Below are positions 8,093-16,082 of a stretch of DNA of 43,102 nt, piece after piece. The stretch spans positions 1-43,102 of the forward strand of contig JAHFMN010000004.1 in the NCBI GenBank assembly GCA_023264445.1, read 5' to 3'. The notes under the pieces are model-generated. The model worked only from the letters and a program-made list of their open reading frames with translations. It did no database searches and was not told the DNA's origin. Every line of letters begins with the position of its first letter. Position 1 is the first letter of the stretch. A program made the position numbers and the translations under genes. The DNA comes from Candidatus Kaiserbacteria bacterium (GTDB taxonomy: Bacteria > Patescibacteriota > Minisyncoccia > Phycocordibacterales > Phycocordibacteraceae).

Positions 8093-10115
8093 CGAGTGCA
8101 CGAGTGAGTGCAAGCTTCGCACCGGTGACGCCAGCAGCATAACTTGAATCGATCGCAGTCGTGAGCGAGGCGACGAGCTTTTCCAGAGTCGGAGTATCGA
8201 GGCGTGCGGTCAGTCGTGCGACATGCTGGTCGCAGGAAGTTCCGTCAACACGCGCGCGATATGCATCGTCAAGAAGGCAAACTGCCTCGGTGATGAGATG
8301 CTCCGGAGCACCATTGCCGCGCACGTGCTGTCGCAGTCCTGCAAAGACTGCCGCGCGGTCGCCCTCGAGAAGCGCCGCAATAAAACCGCGAATGTGTGCC
8401 GGCGCAGCGCTCGGTTCGACGGCGACATCAGCAGAAATCGTCCCGTCGTTTTCATGCATCGGTTCAACCTGCTCATACATCGGCTCGACGTTATGCTCCA
8501 CCTCCTCTGGAACCGGTTCAGTGGGTGCCGCATGCGAATGACGTGCGAGACCTTTCACGATGTCATCGATTGAGAGTGCACCGCCTTGTGCATAGGATTT
8601 GAATCCGATGTAGGGAGAATAGCCCCGTACAGAATCGGGGAACTCCCGCTGCAGTGGCGCTGCTGCGCGCATTGGAGCGGGAGCAGGCACGGGAACGGAT
8701 ACATTGAGCGCTGCTTTGATGCGGGCACTGAAGCTTTGTATACGACGATTCATTACCGGTGCCGCACCGAAGAGGACGAGATATGCAAGTGCAAGCGACC
8801 AGCCGATAAGCGCGATCCAGTAGATCACCGTACCAACAGGGCCGAGGTCAAGACCGGTGTATGGAATCTGCGAAAGATAGAGGAATGCAAGCGGCTGTGA
8901 GCCCACGTGCGGCAGAATGCCGAGAACGAAGTTAGGTGTGATGGTGCCACCACCGCCTCCACCACCGCCGCCTCCTCCTCCGGACGGAGGAGTGCCTCCA
9001 CCACCGCCGCCTCCGCCGCCAGAAGGATTAACCGTTACTGAAGCAGTACATGTTGCCGTCGCACCCGCTGCACTGGTAGCGGTGCCGGTGTATGTAACGC
9101 TCGTCGCCGGCGAGGCGGTGACACTCCCTGCAGCGACCGGCGAAACAGAACCGACGCCGTTATTGATAGAAAATGTCGCCGCGTTTGCAGTCGTCCACGA
9201 AAGAGTGATCAAATCTCCGACCATAATCGAGGAAGGAGCGGACGTGAGCGTACAGACCGGCGCGTTCGGCGCTGGAGGTCCGTATGAACAAGAACCATCA
9301 TCGACAGTCGCACTTGGATTGAAATTAGTTGCAGCAGAATCCGTGCATCCAAGGACGGGAGACGGCGGAGTCGTAGTAACCTCTATCGATACAGTACAGG
9401 TGACCAAACCACCAAGACCTCTCGCGGTACCGGTATAGGTCACACTCGCGGAGGGGGAGACGGAGATGCTTCCGGCGGCCACTGGAGTTACGGCAAAAAT
9501 GCCATGGTCGATTCCGAATCTAGTCGCGTTCGTCGTCGTCCATGAAAGCATCGCTGAAGAACCCGCCTGGATGGAAGAAGGATTTACTGAGAGCACACAG
9601 GTCGGTGCTGCAGGTGGAGGTGGAGAAGGCGGATAATCACAAGAACCATCATTGACGGTCGCGCTCGGATTGAAATTGTTCGCATTTGGGTCCGTGCAAC
9701 CGGAGATTGGTGCGGGCGAAGTCACGAGGGTTTCAGGACCGCCAACGTCGGGAGTGCCCACACCAGCATCGGGAGTTCCGGTGTCGACACCAACAGTAGG
9801 AGTTCCAGTATCACCGCCGCCGAAACCAACACTAGTTGGGGTGCCTGCGTCGCCACCGCCAAAGCCAGCATCGGTTGGTGAGCCTGCGTCGCCACCGCCG
9901 AAACCGACACCCGCGCCGGCATCACCGCCGCCGAAACCGGTATCGCCGCCTGCGTCGCCACCGCCAAAGCCAGCATCTCCTCCAGCATCACCGTCAGCAA
10001 GGGCATGGGGAATCCCAAACGGCACCAACTCATTGAGTTGTTGCAATACAAACCCTCGCGAAAACGCGAGTATCATAAAAAGTAATATGAGAGTGAATGA
10101 ATACCGGAAAGGCAT
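8076..10115 (-). CDS. Large cell-surface/membrane protein: signal peptide, FGGGD repeats, two GCTD..NFNPSAT..DGSC repeats with beta-rich Ig-like domains, Gly linker, IPYTG motif, TM helix, long cytoplasmic tail
   Basis: Start moved to MPFRYSFTLILLF (CAT 10113-10115) because the upstream extension overlaps the next gene. Domain order read from the translation. Confidence 0.85.
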   Translation of the reverse strand: MPFRYSFTLILLFMILAFSRGFVLQQLNELVPFGIPHALADGDAGGDAGFGGGDAGGDTGFGGGDAGAGVGFGGGDAGSPTDAGFGGGDAGTPTSVGFGGGDTGTPTVGVDTGTPDAGVGTPDVGGPETLVTSPAPISGCTDPNANNFNPSATVNDGSCDYPPSPPPPAAPTCVLSVNPSSIQAGSSAMLSWTTTNATRFGIDHGIFAVTPVAAGSISVSPSASVTYTGTARGLGGLVTCTVSIEVTTTPPSPVLGCTDSAATNFNPSATVDDGSCSYGPPAPNAPVCTLTSAPSSIMVGDLITLSWTTANAATFSINNGVGSVSPVAAGSVTASPATSVTYTGTATSAAGATATCTASVTVNPSGGGGGGGGGTPPSGGGGGGGGGGGGTITPNFVLGILPHVGSQPLAFLYLSQIPYTGLDLGPVGTVIYWIALIGWSLALAYLVLFGAAPVMNRRIQSFSARIKAALNVSVPVPAPAPMRAAAPLQREFPDSVRGYSPYIGFKSYAQGGALSIDDIVKGLARHSHAAPTEPVPEEVEHNVEPMYEQVEPMHENDGTISADVAVEPSAAPAHIRGFIAALLEGDRAAVFAGLRQHVRGNGAPEHLITEAVCLLDDAYRARVDGTSCDQHVARLTARLDTPTLEKLVASLTTAIDSSYAAGVTGAKLALTRALATLGA
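9805..9995 (-). repeat. Five coding GFGGGD(A/T)G repeats
   Basis: Repeated (c/a)ccgcc(g/a)aa(a/g)cc units on the + strand; translation GFGGGDAG x4 plus GFGGGDTG. Confidence 0.85.
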
Positions 10116-10167
10116 GTGTTTCCTATTTCCGAAATACCTTCCTCTGAAGATATGCCGGAAAAGGGAT

Positions 10168-10201
10168 CCGTTAGGAACCATGCGAGCATGATTCCTAACG
10201 G
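10168..10201. repeat. 34-bp intergenic near-palindrome (hairpin)
   Basis: ccgttaggaa-c-catgc-ga-gcatg-a-ttcctaacgg; fully paired on the minus strand with one G-U pair. Confidence 0.8.
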
Positions 10202-10230
10202 TCCGAAATGAAGTAGAATAGCTGTCGCTG

Positions 10231-11163
10231 TTACGGCGCAATTGCCGAAACCACCATCGTGCAGTTCTTCCATTCCTCGGGGAAAAGCCAGATACGACGA
10301 AATTCATCGGACACGGCCGGAGACTTGTAGTCTGCCGGCCAGATCGTCTCGACGATGTACGCCCGCTGAGTCGCGGAGAGGGCCTTGATGGCAACACCGC
10401 TTGCAAGACGTATCGTACCGAGATCCTCCGCGACGGTGAGCATCACCGGGTCGAGAAGACGTATGAACACGACGCTGTCCCCTGCGGGCGGTAACTTGTA
10501 CAGCTCGGGCCCAAGCGTTCGCGATACGGCGTCTGTCTTGTAGGCATCCGCGCTTCTCGTGTTCTTACCGTCGAGCTCGATGGGACGTCGCGCGGCACTG
10601 CTATCGCGATTTGCGGCGGCGGTAATCAAGACTTCCGCCCGTGCCCATAAGTCCGCAGGGATGTTCTTCTGCGGATAGCTCCTGGTCATGAACGTTCGTT
10701 CGTTTGGACAGCTGCCACTTGCGACCGGCGTTGGCGTCGGATTCGGCGTGATGATACTGCTCCAGTTGTTGCAGACGTCCGGAAGGACGACAACGTACGT
10801 TTTGTCCTCCCAGACCACCTGCCACCGCTCTGCCGGTGCGGCATATTCCATGCCACGCGTCGGCGAACCGAAAGCAACCACCACGTCTTGATGAACGACA
10901 CTCCTCTTTGAAATCATCGCCGAGAAGCGGTCCCCAACGAAGATACGGGTCTTCTGTCCCGGCTGCTCCGTTGCCTTTACGAGGAGATCAACGACCGGCT
11001 TCGGGAAGCCGAGCTTCGTAAACGCGCTCTCACGCGTCTTCATTGCTTCCGCACGCGAGGTCGCATAGGGATCAGCACCAAAGTGCTGCCATTTGAATTC
11101 GGCGTGAGCCGAATTCGCTAGCACCGCAATTGCGAGCGCCAGCATTGCCACGATGAACTTCAT
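10231..11163 (-). CDS. Secreted hypothetical protein
   Basis: 310-aa ORF with a classic signal peptide (MKFIVAMLALAIAVLANSAHA-E) and an AAGGAG RBS. No family recognised. Confidence 0.8.
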   Translation of the reverse strand: MKFIVAMLALAIAVLANSAHAEFKWQHFGADPYATSRAEAMKTRESAFTKLGFPKPVVDLLVKATEQPGQKTRIFVGDRFSAMISKRSVVHQDVVVAFGSPTRGMEYAAPAERWQVVWEDKTYVVVLPDVCNNWSSIITPNPTPTPVASGSCPNERTFMTRSYPQKNIPADLWARAEVLITAAANRDSSAARRPIELDGKNTRSADAYKTDAVSRTLGPELYKLPPAGDSVVFIRLLDPVMLTVAEDLGTIRLASGVAIKALSATQRAYIVETIWPADYKSPAVSDEFRRIWLFPEEWKNCTMVVSAIAP

Positions 11164-11254
11164 CGCTATTCTCCTTCATGTATGTCGCTCGCGCGACGGT
11201 TGAAAGAACTTCCTTCCTTGCTCCTTTTTGCGGGGAGCCACGCAATTTCCAGCG

Positions 11255-11917
11255 TTAGCTGGAAATTGCGTGGCTTTCAGCAAAGTCCGCTACGACAACG
11301 AAACGATCCGTCTTCGCACCAAAGGAATCGCACGTTGAGAGCGTCAGCACGCGGCCAGAGACCGCAAGCGGAATGCCTGCATCGCTCGCCGCGCTCTCCT
11401 TCGTCACGCTCCGCACGCGATAGGTGTAGACGATGTCAGATGAAGAAACGGCGATGACGTCTCCGACAACGAGCTTCTGGATGCCGTTGAATGTCTTGTA
11501 CGCCTGATTCTTCACCACGGGTAGATAGCTTGAATGGCCGAAGAGGACGACATTTCCATCCTCGCCAAGCTTCGCAGAGGTCGGATAACGCACTGCGCCC
11601 TTGAGCAAGGCCTGATCAAGTCCCTCGATTTCGGTCGTCACCGGATTCGCGATAATTGCCTGCAAGTTGATCGCAGAAATCTCTATCTTGAGCGGCAACT
11701 CGCTCACCGGCCGCGTAGCGACTGTCGTCGTGATCGCGACTGCGGCCGCGGGTGCAGGCGATGCGGGTGAAGCGTCTGGCAAGAGATCAAGACGCGCAAG
11801 TATAAGAACGCTCACCAGAAACACAAACGCAAAAATGCCGAGGAAGTTCCACTTCCGTGCATATGCTTGTTTACCGGCTCGAATGAGCCGTACAATCGCG
11901 TCGATACCGTTTTCCAT
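11255..11917 (-). CDS. Sortase family transpeptidase
   Basis: N-terminal TM anchor and catalytic triad motifs LFGHSS (His), LTLSTC (Cys) and DRFVV (Arg). Confidence 0.92.
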   Translation of the reverse strand: MENGIDAIVRLIRAGKQAYARKWNFLGIFAFVFLVSVLILARLDLLPDASPASPAPAAAVAITTTVATRPVSELPLKIEISAINLQAIIANPVTTEIEGLDQALLKGAVRYPTSAKLGEDGNVVLFGHSSYLPVVKNQAYKTFNGIQKLVVGDVIAVSSSDIVYTYRVRSVTKESAASDAGIPLAVSGRVLTLSTCDSFGAKTDRFVVVADFAESHAISS

Positions 11918-11936
11918 ATCTTCTTGCCCATGAATA

Positions 11937-12011
11937 CACTATTCTGTCAATAATGTCAAGGGTTGAGTGAAATCACGAAAACTTGACATAAAAACTCACT
12001 CGTGTTATGTA
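11937..12011. promoter_or_regulatory. Divergent promoter region with back-to-back TTGACA -35 boxes
   Basis: TTGACA at 11983-11988 (+) and tgtcaa at 11945-11950 and 11954-11959 (-). atgtcaag...cttgacat forms an inverted repeat. The -10 boxes are imperfect. Confidence 0.45.
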
Positions 12012-12762
12012 TGTACCCATGCATGAATCGAGTCATTCACTCGTCCTAAACGCGCTCGCGGGAGCGGGGTTTGTCGCGCTTGTCGGCGGAGGCATGTGGC
12101 TCGCCGTCTATACGACACGCTACGTTCCAGATGTAGCGGCGCATCTTGGTTCGGCCGCTGTGTACCTCGGATCCGTATTCACTCCCGCTTCGGAGCAATC
12201 TTCCCTTTCAATCGTTCCGGCGCCTGTAGCGTCAACGACAATTTCGCTTGGCGGCACTTCTACAAGCGGCACTACGACAACTCTCCCATCGACTCCATCG
12301 AAGCCAGTCGCAACGACACCGGGCAATAAGACTAACGCCACTATTCAAATCGGCAACGCAACTACGACCCCTACCCTTTCGGGGCTTCCCGATCTGGTCG
12401 TAACCATCAATGTGATTGGCTACCTTGCAACCACGTCTGCGGAATCGTTTGTCGCAAGCACGACCGTTCCGTCTGGCGGCCGCCCTGCGGTCAACTTCAC
12501 CATACGAAATGCCGGCTCAAATGTAAGCGGCTCGTGGCGCTGGAGTGCATCCATCCCGACGCAAACGTCGTATATCTATATGTCGCAGCCACAGCAATCA
12601 CTTGCTCCGGGCGACAGTATCGACTACACGCTTGGCTTTGACCAGGCAAATCCGGGGGCTAATCAGCCGGTCTCTATTTCGGCAAACTTTGATCGCGCGG
12701 TTTCAGAATCAAATACCAACAACAATAACGCTTCGGCTACCTTTCTGATTATCGGCTCATAA
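12007..12762 (+). CDS. Membrane-anchored Ser/Thr-rich protein with a C-terminal CARDB-like Ig domain
   Basis: N-terminal TM helix, T/S/P linker, LPDLVVT...VNFTIRNAGS...VSESNTNNN (CARDB pattern). The start may be 12019. Confidence 0.8.
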   Translation: MYVPMHESSHSLVLNALAGAGFVALVGGGMWLAVYTTRYVPDVAAHLGSAAVYLGSVFTPASEQSSLSIVPAPVASTTISLGGTSTSGTTTTLPSTPSKPVATTPGNKTNATIQIGNATTTPTLSGLPDLVVTINVIGYLATTSAESFVASTTVPSGGRPAVNFTIRNAGSNVSGSWRWSASIPTQTSYIYMSQPQQSLAPGDSIDYTLGFDQANPGANQPVSISANFDRAVSESNTNNNNASATFLIIGS

Positions 12763-12773
12763 AAACCTGTAGG

Positions 12774-14840
12774 TTAGACGTCGAGATTCGCTAGTTTGGC
12801 GTTAGATTGGATGAATGACTTGCGCGAAGCGACATCAGTGCCCATAAGGATATCGAAAATACGGTCAGCGGCTTCGGCATCTTCTACATTTACTTGCTTC
12901 AAGACGCGTCGCGCCGGGTCCATCGTCGTCTCCCACAGCTCGCTCGGGTTCATCTCTCCAAGACCTTTGTAGCGCTGGATGTTTACCTTCGGCGCTTTTC
13001 TTGCTGCAACAGCTTCTTCCTCCACGACTGATTCTTCGCTTTCAAGCATATTCTCTGAGACTTCCGAGGCAGCGGCACCGAGTTCTTTCAATACCTCTGC
13101 TTTTTCTTTATCCGAATACGCGTACGCAACCGCCTTTCCTTTCGTAATCTTGTAGAGCGGCGGCTGAGCGATATAGACGAAGCCACCGTCGATGATCGGC
13201 CGGAAATGGCGATACAAAAGTGTGAGGAGGAGTGTGCGGATGTGCGCACCGTCGACGTCAGCATCGGTCGCAATGATGATCTTGTGGTAGCGGAGTTTTG
13301 ACAAATCAAAGACATCTCCGATGGCAGTGCCCATCGCGATGACCAGCGCGCGAATCTCGACCGAGGCAAGCATGCGATCGATGCGTGCACGCTCGACATT
13401 CAGAATCTTGCCGCGAAGCGGAAGAATCGCCTGGGTGCGTCGATCCCTTCCCTGCTTGCTTGAACCACCTGCCGAATCGCCCTCAACGATGAATAGTTCA
13501 CCTTCTTCGGCACTTTTAGTCTGGCAATCCGCGAGTTTGCCTGGAAGCGTCATACCCTCCAACGCACCCTTACGCAGCACGGAGTCCTTTGCCGCCTTAG
13601 CCGCCTTACGCGCCTTGAGGGCAAGAAGGACTTTGTTCACGATGGCGCGTGCGTCATCCGGATTCTCCTCGAGAAATGCACCGAGCGCCTCACCGAAGAC
13701 CGTCGCGACCGCGCCCTGTGCTTCAACCGAGCCGAGTTTTGCCTTGGTCTGCCCTTCAAACTGAATTTCGGGAAGCTTCACCGATACAACCGCCGTGATA
13801 CCTTCGAGGACATCGTCGCCAGTGAAGTTTTCATCCTTTTCCTTCAATAAGTTCGCATTCCTGCCGTACGTATTGAGAGAACGCGTAAGCGCCGTCTTGA
13901 AACCGGTGATGTGGGTACCACCCTCGCTGTTATAGGTATTGTTCGCGAATGCGGTGATGCGTGATGTGATGTCGTCCACATACTGGAGCGCTACCTCTAC
14001 TGAAACGGTATCGAGCTGGCGATCGACATAAAAGATATTCTTATGCACCGGCGTCTGGTGCTTGTTGTGATACGCGACGAGCGATTTCAGACCTCCTTCA
14101 AAATAGAACGTTATCGATGGCACGCCGAGCGCATAGTCACGCAAAAAGAGTTGCTCCCATTTTGAAATCACATCGGCCCCCGCACGCGCATCAACGAGAG
14201 AGATACGAGTTCCCTTCACGAGGTATGCCTGCTGACGCAGGTGTGCGAGAACCTTTTCCCAGTTCCACTCAACGCCTTCCTTGAAAATCGTTGCATCTGG
14301 CTTGAAGAGCACGATGGTGCCGTGTTCTTTTGTCGCACCGACTTTTTTCACCTTCGCGAGCGGCTTGCCTATCTTATATTCCTGGGTATGCATGCCGCCG
14401 TCCTGATGCACGACGACTCTGGTATGGACAGAAAGCGCGTTCACTACCGATGCACCGACACCATGAAGGCCGCCGGATACCTTGTACCCGGAATCTTCAC
14501 CGCCGAATTTTCCACCAGCGTGGAGCGTGGTCATAATGGTCTCGAGCGCAGAGACCTTTGTCTTCGGATGAATACCAACCGGGACGCCGCGGCCATTGTC
14601 GGCGACGCGCACATAGCCGTCGGGCAAGAGCGCAACCTCGATGTCGTCTGCGTGTCCACCCATCGCCTCGTCGCGTGCATTATCAAAAATCTCCCAGATG
14701 AGGTGATGGAGGCCATCGGGACCGGTCGTCCCGATGTACATGCCTGGGCGTTTGCGCACCGGTTCGAGTCCTTCGAGGACAGTAATAGACGAGGCATCGT
14801 AGGCCTTCTGTTTAGGCTCTTTTTCAGTGGTTTTAGCCAT
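12774..14840 (-). CDS. gyrB: DNA gyrase subunit B
   Basis: LEGLEPVRKRPGMYIG, SGGLHGVGASVVNALS, EGDSAGGS, ILPLRGKILN, TDADVDGAHI, QRYKGLGEMNP. Confidence 0.97.
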   Translation of the reverse strand: MAKTTEKEPKQKAYDASSITVLEGLEPVRKRPGMYIGTTGPDGLHHLIWEIFDNARDEAMGGHADDIEVALLPDGYVRVADNGRGVPVGIHPKTKVSALETIMTTLHAGGKFGGEDSGYKVSGGLHGVGASVVNALSVHTRVVVHQDGGMHTQEYKIGKPLAKVKKVGATKEHGTIVLFKPDATIFKEGVEWNWEKVLAHLRQQAYLVKGTRISLVDARAGADVISKWEQLFLRDYALGVPSITFYFEGGLKSLVAYHNKHQTPVHKNIFYVDRQLDTVSVEVALQYVDDITSRITAFANNTYNSEGGTHITGFKTALTRSLNTYGRNANLLKEKDENFTGDDVLEGITAVVSVKLPEIQFEGQTKAKLGSVEAQGAVATVFGEALGAFLEENPDDARAIVNKVLLALKARKAAKAAKDSVLRKGALEGMTLPGKLADCQTKSAEEGELFIVEGDSAGGSSKQGRDRRTQAILPLRGKILNVERARIDRMLASVEIRALVIAMGTAIGDVFDLSKLRYHKIIIATDADVDGAHIRTLLLTLLYRHFRPIIDGGFVYIAQPPLYKITKGKAVAYAYSDKEKAEVLKELGAAASEVSENMLESEESVVEEEAVAARKAPKVNIQRYKGLGEMNPSELWETTMDPARRVLKQVNVEDAEAADRIFDILMGTDVASRKSFIQSNAKLANLDV

Positions 14841-14897
14841 GAATCACGTACCCCTATTTTATCACAAAATCCTTTGTTTGTGCTACGCTAGACCATT

Positions 14898-16052
14898 ATG
14901 GATATCAGTATTCCAAGGCCGGAGGAGGAGCGGCTACGCAAGGAACTCGCGGGGAGAAATGACCTTGAAGCCGCTCGCATCCAGCGATATCTTTCGATGC
15001 CGGACCTCTCGCGTACAGAGGGCTCTCCTCTCCACGAGATTGTCGAGCGCGTGAAGACAGTTCCTTCGTTTGCTGGATTCGACATTATTGATATCCCAGA
15101 AATCGTGCCGGCAGACATCTCATTCGACCTGTTCGACTTCCCTGCTGACCATCCAGCGCGCTCAAAGTCCGATACCTACTATGTCGATGACCAGCACATC
15201 CTGCGCACACACGATACCGTCTTCTGGTATTACTATCTCAATCATCCGGAAATTAAAGCGCGCATCGCGCGCGGCGAGAGTATGGGCGCGCTCTGCTATG
15301 GCAAGGTCTACCGCAAGGATGAGATTGATAGCCGCCACATGAATATCTTCCATCAGATGGGTGGGTGGTATATCGCTCCGCAATCCGAAAAAATCGAGCC
15401 AGAAGATCTCAAGAAGGCCCTCGGCGATATTGTGCGGACCGTTTTCGGTCCTGCCGCTGGCTATCGGATAAATGACGATATCTTCCCGTACACTGACCCT
15501 TCGTTTGAGGTGGAAGTGAACGTCAAAGGCACTGCCGCCGAAGGGCCAGCGAAGGGAGAATGGCTTGAAATCCTTGGAAGCGGCATGCCGAAGGCATCGA
15601 CACTCGCAAAGCTCGGAGTCACCGGCTACCACGGTTGGGCATTCGGATTCGGCATCGAGCGACTTGCCATTATCAGCATGCAGCTCCCAGATATTCGGCT
15701 CTTGTGGTCAAGAGACGAGCGCGTGAAGAAACAGCTCAAGCTTGGACAGAAATTCATTGAAGTGAGCAAATATCCGCCGGTGGTACGCGATATCTCATTT
15801 ATCGTGGAGAAAGGATTTGTTCCTAACAATTACTTTGATCTTGTGCGGGATGTGGCGGGCGACCTCGTTGAGCAGGTAGAACTACTCGATACGTACGAAA
15901 ATGAGGCGAAATTGGGTGCCGGCAAGGTCAGCTATGCGTATCGGATCACCTATCGCAGCATTGAGCGTACGCTCACGAACGAAGAAGTGAATGTGCTTCA
16001 CGCCGAACTCGAGAGCGCCACAGTAAAGAATTTTTCGGCAACCATCCGCTAA
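14898..16052 (+). CDS. pheS: Single-chain (mitochondrial-type) phenylalanyl-tRNA synthetase: alpha catalytic domain fused to the FDX-ACB anticodon-binding domain
   Basis: FDLFDFPADHPARSKSDTYY, LRTHDT, motif 2 YRKDEIDSRHMNIFHQ, FPYTDPSFE, motif 3 GWAFGFGIERLA, then SKYPPVVRDISF...YRITYRSIERTLTNEEVN (PheT C-terminal domain). 384 aa. Confidence 0.92.
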   Translation: MDISIPRPEEERLRKELAGRNDLEAARIQRYLSMPDLSRTEGSPLHEIVERVKTVPSFAGFDIIDIPEIVPADISFDLFDFPADHPARSKSDTYYVDDQHILRTHDTVFWYYYLNHPEIKARIARGESMGALCYGKVYRKDEIDSRHMNIFHQMGGWYIAPQSEKIEPEDLKKALGDIVRTVFGPAAGYRINDDIFPYTDPSFEVEVNVKGTAAEGPAKGEWLEILGSGMPKASTLAKLGVTGYHGWAFGFGIERLAIISMQLPDIRLLWSRDERVKKQLKLGQKFIEVSKYPPVVRDISFIVEKGFVPNNYFDLVRDVAGDLVEQVELLDTYENEAKLGAGKVSYAYRITYRSIERTLTNEEVNVLHAELESATVKNFSATIR

Positions 16053-16082
16053 AAAGGGCGGATGTGGTATAGTCCCCGCATT

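Noticed and set aside
9805-9995. GC-rich repeats as a CRISPR array
   Set aside because: They are in-frame coding repeats without unique spacers of regular length, and there are no cas genes. No CRISPR array was seen anywhere in the window.
10116-10406. N-terminal extension of the 776-aa ORF
   Set aside because: It overlaps the 10231-11163 gene and an intergenic hairpin; a signal-peptide start exists at 10115.
3618-14840. Inteins or introns in dnaE or gyrB
   Set aside because: Both have ordinary lengths and continuous motifs, with no intein or LAGLIDADG signatures.
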